Part shown: positions 16,005 to 33,151 of the stretch, one piece after another
Numbering within the stretch: position 1 is the first letter of the stretch
Layout: the number at the start of each line of letters is the position of its first letter
Source of the DNA: the human T2T-CHM13v2.0 reference genome, Homo sapiens
Strand: one strand, 5' to 3'
Length of the DNA: 64,000 bases
NCBI RefSeq assembly: GCF_009914755.1
Contig: NC_060925.1
Position numbers and translations under genes: made by a program
Notes under the pieces: generated by a model
Told to the model about the DNA's origin: nothing
Database searches by the model: none
The model's input: only the letters and a program-made list of their open reading frames with translations

Positions 16005-17451
16005 ATATTCTGGATCATCTGGATCTTACCGAGTGACCCTAAATCACCATGTACTATTAGTGTCTGAATGTGCATTCGTATTTACTATCTTACCATAGCC
16101 AAGTAGTGCTATTTTAATTGTAGCAGGCTGAGGGGTGAGAAAAAGCCAGAGGTGGATCTGTTTCTCAAATGATACATCTGTACCAAATGAAGGCCAAATG
16201 ATATCATAGCATGCTGTAGAAACAAAGGTTCTCAGAAGCTCAAAGACAGAAAAGTGGTGGATTAACTGAGTCATCACAGTAGAACAGGCTCATGCCTAAC
16301 TCAGAGTCTGTACTATATTCACGTTAAGCTTGTTTTTATGGCAAATAACATCTTCTGTCACATTAATGCTATTATGTTAAATTCTGTTTTATATTTTCCT
16401 TGCTACGAATTTGCAAATTATTTTAGCTATGCACTTGTATGTGCAAAAGTTTGTATTTAGTTTTATATTTGGACATATTTAAGTTGTATTACTAAAAATT
16501 AAAATAATTTATGTCAACACTGAGCGTCCATGAGAATAGTTTTCCTTCAAAAAGAAACACTGCCAAAAGAAATGAGAAGTCAACAAAAATGTTGAGTGAG
16601 AAAATACAAAACTAAAGTAGTATTTTAGGAAGGTCACTAATGCAATAGTGATGAGCAAGCTGGTCTGAAGAAAAGAATAAGTAGTGGAAAGAATAGCAAA
16701 AGCTTTTGAAATCATTTAGAATGCTGATTGGAAAAAAATAGGCCATGATATATTTAAATATTTTCTCTCTTATTTTGAGCTTCAAAGCGTGGATGGCAGC
16801 AGTAGAGAAAGGAGGTAGTGAATATAAGATATTTTCACACAAGAAGCAATGGGATTAAACTGGATACAGAGTATGAAGATGAAAGAAGGATAAAAGATGA
16901 TTTCAAGATTTTGAATCCAAGTGAATGGAAGAATGACAATACTTTTAAGAAGAAAACAAATAATGATGAAACCAAATTAATAAGGGGAAAGACACTGAAT
17001 TATTTTGGACATAGAAACCCAAAACATACTAAATAGCATTTATAGAGTAGGAAACTGATCAGATCTTGAGGATGCAGCATATCCAATGGCTGAATGAGTA
17101 AAATAAACTCCCTGCACAAAATTAGTGACATGGGATTGCATACCAACAGATAGAGTTATAAAGACAGAATAAGAGGTACAGAGAGGTTAGAACTGAAATG
17201 ATGCCAAGAGGCATTTGGAGACAGTACTTTATATAAAGAGCTGGAGAAGAATACATATTCAAGGCAAAAGGAACATTAAGCAAAGGTAAGGAGATGTAAA
17301 ACACCATAGTTCTGGAATAAAAGTATCTTCATCTTACTGAATAATAGAGTGGAAAGGAAATGAGACAGAAGAGAAGGGAGCAGAGGTGGCAGAAGCCATG
17401 ATAGAAGGACTTATGGACCATATACAGAGGTTTGGATTTTATCCTGTAGGC

Positions 17452-18930
17452 CAGAAGTTCTCAAACATTTTGGTCACATAGACCCTTTAGCTCTTAGATA
17501 GTACTGAAGACCTTTATATATGTTATCTCTATCAATATTTATTATAATATAAGTTAAAGTGTGCTTATTCTCCTTTACTTGACAAGTGGTAGTTTCTTAG
17601 CCTTTATATAGGTTATCTCTATCCATATTTATTATGATATGAGTTAAAACAAAATTTTAAAATATTTAAATATAACAAAAATCCTTTAAATGTTAACATA
17701 AATAACATTTTGTGAGGAAAATTATAATTTTTTAAAAATGTGATCTAAGCCAAAAGGTCAGGAAGAGATTATAGTATTTTTTTTAATTAGTGAGAAGAGA
17801 GATATTGTTTTACATTTTTTAAAAATCTCTTTAATGTCTCATTTAATAAAAGGCAGCTGGACTCTCACATTTACTTCAGCTTTCAATCTGTTGCCATATG
17901 TTGTTTTGGTTGGAGTATATTTAGTTGAAAAATAGTGGAATATTTTAATAATCTTTTACAATAACTGTGTATATTTTCCTTTACTTGATAAGTGGTAGCT
18001 TCTTAAAAGTTTGTTGCAATGTATAATCTAAAACCTTTATCAATAAACTTTTTTTTACCCTGTTACATTAAAATCCACTGGTCTATCTTGTATGTACTTC
18101 GAATGAAACTATGATATGACTCAGACATGATTTTTAACATCACACATTAATCATTTGGCAAATACCAGCTCACTGAGTTATGCAGATTTTCCAAATGCTG
18201 ATTCATTATACGTCAAAAATCAATTAAAAATTTGTTAATATCATCACCAATTTCATCAGAATAGTCTTTCTATTCTGTTATACAATGTATTGGGAAGTTG
18301 TCAAACTGAAAGTGGTGAATACAGTTTTCCAAGGTTCTAAGTTTAGTTTTCCTTTGTAGTTTATCTTCACTTGGATTTTATCTTTGGCAAAGGCTATTGT
18401 CAGTTGTTTTCTTTGATATGATAGGCTTACTTAATTTGAAAGACAACGCCTGCCAAATACCCAAGTCTGAATAAGCACAATTTGTCTGTCAGTCATTCTT
18501 TCAAGTAAAAATGGTATTCCATAAAAGAAAAAGCATCTAATTGAGCTGACAGTGCAAACAATTGTGAATAGGATTACTCACAAATGCTTTTCCTTAAAAC
18601 CATTATATGGAGCTTTATGTGTACTTCACATTACTTCACACAGAGTATTAAAAAGACCTATATTTGAGGATCAAAAAGTAATAAAATTATTTTTACTGCA
18701 TCTAAGATATTCTTAACTAAGTATGGCTTTTTTTTCCCCCTGCAGATGCATGATGGTTAAAAATACAGTAACTACTAGCACAGTTTGGTGCCACTGCCTT
18801 GATTCGTTCTAAGGCAGTGGCAGTTTTGTTCACCATCGCTTTTGCACCATCAGTGCAAATGACAACACATTAAAAAAGGCAATTAAGTATGAAATCAGCT
18901 TTGGTCTTGCAGATCCATAAAAGGGTCTCA
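17452..18930 (-). mobile_element. hAT DNA transposon, Charlie1-like non-autonomous element
   Basis: Terminus cagaagttctcaaacattttggtcaca.gaccc (Charlie1/MER33-type). The far end gcagatccataaaagggtctc matches the other sub-terminal region, with the last TIR bases missing. Confidence 0.75.
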
Positions 18931-19279
18931 TTAATGATAATAAAAAAATGATTACATATTAACCCTAATCTAAATATGAAATTTAATCTAATCTAAATAT
19001 TAAACACTATGCTTCAATCAATATGAAAAGAAATTTATAATCTATATCTATTACAAATTCTAAGAATAAATAGGACAAGTTCACACGATATATAGGAAGA
19101 TGCTCACCATAGAATTATTAGTAATAAAAAAATTTTAAGTTCTAAATAATAAAAAACAGGAAAAAGTTAGATAAAGAAGAATAAGTTCCTACAACTAACT
19201 TTTTACTCAGACTTTAAAAATCACATTTTCAAATATTATTTAATTGCATAGAAAAAAATTCAAAGTACAATGTTAGTGC

Positions 19280-20800
19280 AATTCAAAATTGTATACATAG
19301 GATAATTCCCAATTCACTTTATAAAACTAGTATTATCCTGATATTGAAATCATATGAAGACAGTACAAAAAACGAAACTACACTCCAATAGCCCTTATAA
19401 ATATAAATATAAAAATACTTTTTAAAAAATTTTAAAACAATAATTTATTTACTTAATATGAGAAAGGGTCTTACTATGTTGACTAGCCTGGTCTTGAACT
19501 CCTAGGCTCAAACAATATTCCTGCCTCAGGCTCCTAAATATCTGGGATTACAGGCACATACCACTGTATCTGGCTAAACATAAAAATTATTTCCAAATGT
19601 TAAAATTTTAGAAATTTTATAATTTCCAATAAATTTTAAATTTTATAAATTTAGCAACATATACAAAGAATTATACACCATGACCAAGAGACGTTAATTT
19701 CAGATATGCAAGCCTGGTACATTATTCAAACTATCAACCAATATATTAACAGGCTAAGGAAGAAAAATCACATGAACACATCAATATATGTTGATCACAT
19801 ATCTATCTATAGATATATATCTGCATATATTGATACAGAAAAAAACATTTGAAAATATACAGCACTCATAAATCAAAAAAACTGTAAGAAAAAAATAGAA
19901 ATAGAAGGCAACTTCCCCATCTTCATAAACAGCATCTACAGAAACCTACAACTAACATAATAGTGAAAGACTGAATGCTTTCCATGCAAGACAGTAAACA
20001 AGGCAAGAATGTCCATTCTCATTGCTCTGATTCAACATGGTGCTGGAAAATTCAAGTCAGTGCAACCAGACAAGAAAAGGAGATAAAAAGTATACAGACA
20101 AGAAAGGCAGAAATATAACTGTCTCTATTTGTATATGACATGACTGTCTATATAGAAAATCCCAAATAGCCTAAAAAAAAATCTAGAACTAATTATTTCA
20201 GCAAGGTTGAAAGATACAAGGTAAACATACTAGATCAGTTGTATTTCTACACACTGGCAATAAATACTTGAACACTGAAACTAAAACTATAATAGCATTT
20301 ATAATCACTCAAAAAGAAAATAAAATTGGGTGTGAATCTAACCAAAAATGTATAGAACTTGTGTATGAAAACTACAAAATGCTGGATGAAAGAGCTAAAT
20401 AAATGAAGAGCATACAGTGTTCAGGGAATACTTCACACAATAAAGATGTCAATTCTCCCTAAATTGACAAATAAGTTTAACAAAATTGTTATCAAAATAC
20501 CAGCAAGTTTTTTTTGTAGCAATAGATAAGATTATTCTAAAATTATATGGTAAGATAAAGGAACTAGAATAACTAAAACAATTTCAAAAAAGAAAAATGT
20601 GAGGTAATCAGTCTACTCAATTTCATGGTTCATTATTAACTGCAATAACCGAAAGATGGTGTAGTATTGTCAGTGATAGAGATCAATGGAACAGAACAAA
20701 AAAATCCCAAAATAGAACCACACAAATATGTCCAACTGATTTTTTACAAAAGTGCAAAAGCAATTCAAATTAGAGAGATAACTTTTCAACAAACTCAGTA
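19280..20800 (+). mobile_element. Old L1M ORF2 fragment, degraded
   Basis: RT-region remnants (acaaggcaagaatgtccattctc; tctctatttgtatatgacatgactgtctatatagaaaatccc). Confidence 0.75.
19440..19575 (-). mobile_element. FLAM / Alu monomer inside old L1
   Basis: gggtcttactatgttgactagcctggtcttgaactcctaggctcaa...ccactgtatctggc. Confidence 0.8.
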
Positions 20801-20957
20801 AAGTTAGGAAATAAAGTCTCCAAGAAAAAAGAGTTACTTCCCAGAAGGAAGTCTACACAATGAAAGGATAACACAAATTTGGGGAAACAGCTAGTTTTTT
20901 CTCATCTATACATGGTGTAAGCTAGTCACATATTATTACACATAATCCTCACAACGC

Positions 20958-21311
20958 TGCTATGGACTGAATATTTGTGACCCTCTGAAATTAAGATCCT
21001 AACTCCCAATGTGATAAAGGTAGGGCCTTTGTGGGGAAGAGGTGATTAGATAGCAAGAACAAAGCCCATGTGAATGGCATTAGTGCCCTTATAAAAGAAG
21101 CTCCAGAGAGTTCTCTTGCCTCTTTCACCATGTAAAGGCACAGTGAGAAGGTGTCATCTATGAAGAAAACCATGGGCCCTGACCTGAAACTGAACCTGCA
21201 GGACCTGATCTTGGACTTCCCACTATGGAGAACTGTGGGAAATACATGTTTGTTGTTTAAGACATCCAGTCTATGGTATTTATATTGTAGCAGCTCAAAT
21301 GAACTAAGATA
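20958..21311 (+). mobile_element. MaLR solo LTR (MLT1A-like) inserted into a MIR
   Basis: tgctatggactgaatatttgtg...gcagctcaaatgaactaagata. The MIR core (aatcctcacaac | cctatgagg...cattttatagatg) is split on either side. Confidence 0.8.
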
Positions 21312-21824
21312 ATGCCTATGAGGAAAGTACTAGTATAATCTTCATTTTATAGATGTTGAGTATCTATATTCAAGGATTAAACAATATGCCTTAATAACTA
21401 GTAAGTGATAGAACTGAATTTCAAACCCAGTTTTGCTTGCCCCAGAGCCTAAGATTATATTATAATAAAATAAATAATCAAAATATTTAGTTGGCATATG
21501 TATGTACCTCAATTAAATAATTTATGTATATGCAAAAATATACATATGTGTATATATGTGTATATACAGCTATGAAACATCTGTTTGATCTTCTGAATAT
21601 ATACTATAAAATCTTTAACAGAGATGGTTATAGAATGTATATGTAGTAAATTCTGAATTGTTCAGAGGATCATCACTTAACTTACTGATTATTCAGACTT
21701 TAAGATTTCTTTCCTTCTTACCATTCTGATTCTTATCAATTTGGCAGAAAAAGGAGGAAAAAAAGATCACTTTATTGTTTATTAATAGTTCTAGAAAACT
21801 GCTTAATAGAGAGAACATCATTAA

Positions 21825-22137
<313 letters not shown>

Positions 22138-22333
22138 AAAAATTAAGTTGTTAAAAAGTAGATGCATAGTATTCTTCAAAATTCTAACAAAATTGGTTTT
22201 CATAGTTAATAATCTAATAGTTTTATTTTGCCACATGTATCTATATCAAAAATATTTCTTGTGAAAATAACTTATTCTGATGTTAAGGTCTTTCCTGGCA
22301 TCAATATTTTCCCTTGATATCACAATATCTACC

Positions 22334-22650
22334 ACCTGGGTGCGGTGGCTCATGCCTGTAATCCTAGCACTTTGGGAGGACAAGGTGGGTGGATCACTTG
22401 AGGTCCTGAGTTCAAGCCCAGCCTGGCCAACATGGAGAAACCCTATCTCTACTAAAAATACAAAAATTAGCCAGACATAGTGCCACATGCCTGTAATCCC
22501 AGCTACCTGGGAGGCTGAGGCACAAGAATCGCTTGAACCCAGGAGGCAGAGCTTACAGTGAGCCAAGATTATGCCACTGTCCTCCAGCCTGGGTGACAGA
22601 ACAAGATTCTGTCTCAGAACAACAACAACAAAAATAAAACAAATAAACAG
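22334..22650 (+). mobile_element. AluS (Sz/Sx-like), full length
   Basis: Both arms present, with a (AAC)/(AAAT) tail. Confidence 0.92.
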
Positions 22651-23586
22651 AAAATCATAGTATCTATCATCTATAATATACCTCACAGCAATCTTGCAGC
22701 CAATGAGCCCCTTACACTGTAGAAACACTTGAAAAATATCGTTACCATGAATGTTAAACTTACTGGATGTAACAGCAAGATACAGATGACAACAAAACCC
22801 TACTCACGAGCATGAGAGCCCATGAAAAGGACACTTTGGTGAGCAAAACAACTTACAAAACTGAAATTTAAAGAAGCGACCAGGCTGTTGTACAAGATAA
22901 TTCACTATCACCTGTATGCTTTGCTTCACAATCCATATAATAAACAGGGGTGGTGGGAAATAAAACGAAACGATTTTTAAAAATGAAAAAATGTCAACAA
23001 GGAAATCTTGCAGTTTATTTTGGAAAGAAACTGAAAGAAAAGTTTTAATCGTGATGTAGCCAAGAGTACACGAACTAATAAAACTGGTGCCTAAAATAGA
23101 CATGTTTAATATTAATAACCATAACCAATTTAAATCAAATTGGAAGGATATGATTTCCTTTAAAATTTAAATCTAGTGAAATAAAATTCAAAGCCATTTT
23201 AACTAAAAAATAGACGTGTATCTTTAAAACATGATTAGTGTAAAGACAAATCAAAAAACTAGAGATTATGAGAGTTTAATGTTCAATGCTAACATATAAA
23301 AGAAATCACAAGTGTTACTAAAGTCAACAGAAGGAATTTAATACTAATCTTGGCAAACATGCATAACAAATAACCTTAGGCATAAAAACCAGGTGGAAAA
23401 GCTTTCTGTCTCCTAGAGAGCAATATGTTACTAGGCAATACCACTTCACTGATAATCTTCCTGTAATTTTTAATGGAAGCACTCAGATTGGTTTAAGCTA
23501 CAAATGTCTATGGTTTTCTGCCTTGCAATAAGGAAAAATATTGTAGAATTATATTAAATCAATTGCAGACAAGAGTCTGGATTCCA

Positions 23587-23820
23587 GACCATCCTGGGCA
23601 ACATGGTAAAACTTCATGTCTACAAAAAATATGAAAAAAAAAATTAGCCAGGTATGATGGTGTGTGCCTGTAGTCCCAGATACTCAGGAGGCTAAGGTGG
23701 GAGGATCACTAGGGCTCAGGAGGCCAAGGTTGCAGTGAGCTGAGATGGCACAACTGCAATCCAGCCTGGGTGACAGAGCGAGACCGTGTCTCAAAAAAGT
23801 AAAAACAAATCAAAATAAAT
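23587..23820 (+). mobile_element. 5'-truncated AluJ
   Basis: Starts at gaccatcctgggcaacatgg. TSD AAGAGT(C/T)TGGATTCCA at 23571-23586 and 23821-23836. Confidence 0.9.
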
Positions 23821-24089
23821 AAGAGTTTGGATTCCACAGAATTGTTAAATTGGGAACCAGTAAGGCACTTAGGTCTTAATGGATCTCAAATTAATCCATC
23901 AGGTGATCATAAAACCCACATTAGTAGAAAGTAGCTTTTAAAAGACAGATTTAATTCATCCAATAGATTTCTGATCCTCCACTAACACCACATACCCAAA
24001 TCTGAAATTCACATTTTTCCTTACCAATTTCCTAACAAGAACAAGCTGTACATTCCTTACAAGGTAGTAAAAAGAGTAACCAATAGAAC

Positions 24090-24366
24090 TTTATTTTATT
24101 TGTATTTTTTTTTAGAGGTGGGGCCTTGCTATGTTACTCAAGCTGGACTTGAACTCCTGGGCTTAAGTGATTCAACTACCTCAGCCTCCCAAGCAGCTAG
24201 GACTACAGGCATGTGCCACCATGCCCAGCTAATTATTAAAAATTATTTGTAGAGACAGGGTCTCACTGTTGCCCAGACTGGTATCAAACTCCTGGCCTGA
24301 AGTGATCTTCCCACCTGAGCCTCCCAAAGTGCTGGGATTACAGGCATAAGCCACTGCATCTGGTCC
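24090..24366 (-). mobile_element. Old Alu-family dimer with two left-type (FLAM-like) arms
   Basis: Both monomers read gctgg..ttgaactcctgg. The right-arm-specific gagtgcagtgg...ctcactgca segment is absent. Confidence 0.8.
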
Positions 24367-27300
24367 AGTATAACAACACCTTTGTAGATATACCTACAAT
24401 ATGGTGACTTTGTGTACTGAAATTCATCAAGATGCAATTAAGTGAGTAGAAAATAATAAAAACAGGCTCCATACCATCATAGGGACAGCAGAGAAGACCT
24501 ATGGGAATGAAGATTTCCAGGAAAGAGTAGTCAGGGGTTCCTCCTCACTGTGAAGAAAGACAGGCTCAGCATGCAAAGGAAGCTAAGAACAGCTATACCT
24601 TGGTTGAAATAAGATCACAGTTTTAAAACAAGGACAGTCTAAGAAAAACAAAATAAAGTAGGGTACTGAGTAGATAGGCTGGAAACTGAAAACTGTGTAA
24701 GATTGGGTAAATAGGTCATATGAAGTCTAAAGTCAAAGTCAGGTTAATACAGAAAAGTTAACCACACAATCACAAAGTAAAATTAAGTTTCTACAGCACA
24801 GGGTACTGCCAGCTATGGATAGAGTGAGCTGCTTCCTAATCTTAAGAGGCCAGTCTCTATGTGGTTGGAGTAAGCAAATGTCCCATTAGAAGCCAAATCC
24901 ATGTTTCTAGGAGATTTTCATGAATGTTATTATGCAGGGGCTATTCTCATTATATGAAAATCTCAGTTTTTAAAATTTTTTTATTTCAATAGTTTTTGGG
25001 GTACAAGTGGTTTTGGTCACACGGATGAATTATATAGTGGTGAAGTCTGAGATTTTAGTGCACCCATCATCCAAGTAGTGTACATTGTACCCAATAAGTA
25101 GTTTTTTAATCCCTCACCCCCCTCAACCCTCCCTCTTCTGAGTCGCCAAAGTCCATCATAGAATTCTGTATGCCTTTGCATACCCGTATCTTGGTTCCCA
25201 CTTATAAGTGAGAACATACGGTTTTTGGTTTTTCCATTCCTGAGTACTTCACTTAGAATAATGGCTTCTAGCTCCATCCAAGTTACTGCAAAACACATTA
25301 TTTCATTATTTTTATGGCTGAGTAGTATTCCATGGTGTATATATATCACATTTTCTTTATCCACTCATTCGTTAATGGACACTTAGATTGGTTCCATACG
25401 TTTGCAACTGTGAATTGTGTTGCAATAAACATATGCGTGCAAGTGTCTTTAATATAATCACTTATTTTCCTTTGGGTAGATACTGAGTAGTGGGATTGCT
25501 GAATCAAATGACAGATCTACTTTTAGTTCTTTAAGAAATCTCCATATTGTTTTTTATACAGTTTGTACTAATTTACATTCCTACCAGCAGTGTATAGGTG
25601 TTCCCTTTTCACCACATCTATGCCAACATCTATTATTTTTTGACTTTTTAATAATGGCTATTTTTGCAGGAGTAAGGCAGTATCTCATTGTATTTTTAAT
25701 TTGCATATTCCTGATGATCAGTGATGTTTAGCATTTTTCATATGTTCTTTACCATTCTTATATCCTCTTTTGAGAAATGTCTATTCATGTTATTTGCCCA
25801 CATTTTGATGGGATTTTTTTTTCTTGTTGATGTACTTGAGTTCATTGTAGATTCTAGATATTAGTCCTTTGCTAGATGTATAGTTTGCAGATATTTTCTC
25901 CCACTCTGTGGGTTGTCTATTTATTCTGATAGTTATTTCTTTTAATGTACTGAAGTTTCTTTTATTTAATTAGGTCCTATTTATTTATTTTTATTTTAGT
26001 TGCATTTGCTTTTGGGGTCCTACTCACGAATTATTTGCCTAAGCCAATGTCCAGAATAGTTTTTCCTAGGTTATCTTCTATAATTTTTATAGTTTCATGT
26101 CTTAGATTTACATCTTTGAACCATCTTGAGATGATTTTTGTATAAGGTAAGGGATAAGCATCCAGTTTCATTCTTCTACATGTGGTTATCCAGTTTTCCC
26201 AGCATTATTTATTAAATAAGGTGTCCTTTCCTCAGCCTGTGTTTCTCTATGCTTTGTTGAAGATCAGTTGGTTGTAAGTATTTGGCTTTATTTCTGGGTT
26301 CTCTATTCTGTTCCACTGCTCTATGTGCCTACTTTTATACCAGCACTATTTTTGTAACTACAGCCTTGTGGCAAACATCTGATAATGTGATGCCTCTACG
26401 TCTGTTTTCTTGTTTGTTTTTTTGCATAGGATTGCTTTGGCTATTCAGGTTCTTTTTCTGGTTTCATATGAATTTTAGAATTGTTTTTTCTAATTCTGTG
26501 AAAAATGATGTTGGTATTTTGATAGGAATTGCACTGAATCAGTGGATTGCTTTGGGTAGTATGGTCATTTTCATGATATTGATTATTCCAATCCATGAGC
26601 ATGGGATGTGTTTCCATTTGTTTGTGTCATCTATGATTTCTATCAGCAGTGTTTTGTAGTTCTCCTTGTAGAGATCTTTTACCTCCTTGGTTAAATATAT
26701 TCCTAGGTAATTTATTTTTTTCCAGCTGTTGTGAAAAGGACTGAGTTCTTGATCTGATTCTCAGCATGGTCATTGTTGGTGTATAGCACTGCTACTGATT
26801 TGTGTATATTGATTTTGTGACCTGAGACTACGGAATTCATTTGTCAAATCCAGGAGTCTTTTGGAGGAGTATTTAGGGTTTTCTAGGTATACAGTCATAT
26901 TATTCATGAACAGCAATAGCTTGATGTCCTCTTTTTCAATTTGGATGCCCTTTGTTTCTTATCCTTGCCTGATTGCTCTGGTTAGGACTTCCAGCACTAT
27001 GCTGAATAGAAGTGGTGAAAGTGGCATCCTTGTCTTGTTCCAGTTCTCAAGGGGAATACTTTCAACTTTTCCCCATTTATTATGATGTTAGCTGTGGGTC
27101 TGTCATATATGGCTTTCATTAGTTTTAGGTAAAGTTCCTTTTATATCTGTTTGTTGAGTTTTTTTATAAGGGGATGCTGGATTTTATGAAATGCTTTTTC
27201 TGCATCTATTCAGATGATCATAGAGTTTTTCTTTTTAATTCCTTTTATCAGATGTATCCCATTTATTGACTTGCATATTTTAAACCATCCCTGCATCCCT

Positions 27301-29261
27301 GGAATGAAACCTACTTGGTCATGGTGTATTATCTTTTTGATGTGCTGCTTGAATTAGCTAGTATTTTGTTGAGGATTTTTGCATCTATGTTCATCAGGGG
27401 TATTGGTCTGTAGTTTTCTTTTTTTCTTATGTCTTTTCCTGGTTGTGGTATCAGAATGATACTGGCTTCATAGAATGAGTTAGGGAGGATCCCTCTTTCT
27501 TAATCTTTTGGAATAGTTTCAGTAGGATTGGTCCCAGTTCTCTGAATGTCTGGTAGGATTCAGTTGTGAATCCATGTGGCCCCAAGCTATTTTTTTTTCT
27601 TGGCAATTGTTTTGATTAGTGATTCAATCGCACTGCTTGTTCTTGGTCTGTTCGGGGTTTCTATTTCTTCCTGGCTTAATCTAGGAGTGTTTATGTTTCC
27701 TGGAATTTATCCATTTCCTCTAGATTTTTTAGTTTGTGTGCATAGAGGTGTTCACAGTGGTCTCAAATGATCTTTTTTATTTCTGTGGGGTTGGTTGTAA
27801 AGTCTCCAGTTTCATTTCTAATTGAACTTACTTTAACCTCTCCTGGTTAATCTAGCTAATGGTCTATCAACTTTGTTTATCTTTTTGAAAAACCAACTTT
27901 TAGTGTCATTGATCTTTGGTATTTTTGTTGTTGTTGTTGCTGCTGTTTCAAATTCATTTAGATCTGCTCTGATCTTTGTTATTTCTTTTCTTCTGCTAGC
28001 TTTGGGTTTAGTTTGTTCTTTCTCTAGCTCCTTGAGGTATGATGTTAGGTTGTCAATTTATCATCTTTCAGATTTTTTAATGTAGGTATTTAGCACTATA
28101 AATTTTCCTTTTAGTACTGCTTTTACTATATTCCAGAGATTTTGATAACTTGTGTCAATATTATCATTCCTTTCAAAGAATTTTTAAAATTCCATCTTGA
28201 TTTCACTGTTAACTCAAAAATCATCCAGGAGCAGATTGTTTAATTTCTATGTATTTGTATAGTTTTGAGGGTTACTTTTGGAGTTGATTTGTAGTTTTAT
28301 TCCACTGTGGTCTGAGAAGATACCTGATAACATTTCGATTTTTAAAAATTTATAGAGACTTGTTTTGTGGCCTAGCATATGGTCTATTGTGGAGAATGTT
28401 CTGTGTGCTGATTAAAAGAATGTACAATCTGCAGTTATTAGGTAGAATGTTCGGCAAATATTTGTCAGGTCCATTTGTTCTAGAGTGCACTTTAGGTCCA
28501 TTATTTCTTTGTTGACTTTCTGTCTTGATGATCTGTCTAGTGTTGTCGGTGGACTGTTGCAGTCTCATACTATTATTATTTCATGTCTATCTCATGTCTT
28601 AGGTCTAATAGTAATTGTTTTATGAATCTGGGAGCTCCAGTGTTAAGTGTATATAAATTTAGGAATATAATATCTTCTTGTTGGATTGATCCTTTTATCA
28701 TCATATAATGACCTTCTTTGTCTTTTTTTACTGTTGTTGCTTTAAAATCTGTTTTATCTGATATAAGACTACCTACTCCTGCTCACTTTTGGTTTCCATT
28801 TGGAGTGGAATATCTTTTTGCACTCCTATACCCTAAGTTTATATGAATCTTTATGTATTAGGTGAGTCTCTTGAAGACAGTATATATTTGGTTTGTGATT
28901 TTTAAAATCCATTCTGCCAATCTGTATCATTTAAGTGGAGAATTTAAGCAATTTATATCCAATGTTAATATTGAGATGTGAGGTACTGTTCCAGTTATCC
29001 TGTTACTTGTTACCTAGATACTCTGGTTTCTTTTTTTTTTTTTTCTTTTTTTTTTTATTATACTTTAAGTTTTAGGGTACATGTGCACATTGTGCAGGTT
29101 AGTTACATATGTATACATGTGCCATGCTGGTGCACTGCACCCACTAACTCATCATCTAGCATTAGGTATATCTCCCAATGCTATCCCTCCCCCCTCCCCC
29201 CACCCCACAACAGTCCCCAGAGTGTGATATTCCCCTTCCTGTGTCCATGTGATCTCATTGT

Positions 29262-33088
<3,827 letters not shown>

Positions 33089-33151
33089 TATGATGTTAGC
33101 TGGTTATTTTGCTCGTTAGTTGATGCAGTTTCTTCCTAGTCTTGATGGTCT

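Noticed and set aside
22246-22728. 160-aa ORF and similar ORFs at 2662, 5993, 21955, 44256 and 44320
   Set aside because: Alu-derived reading frames.
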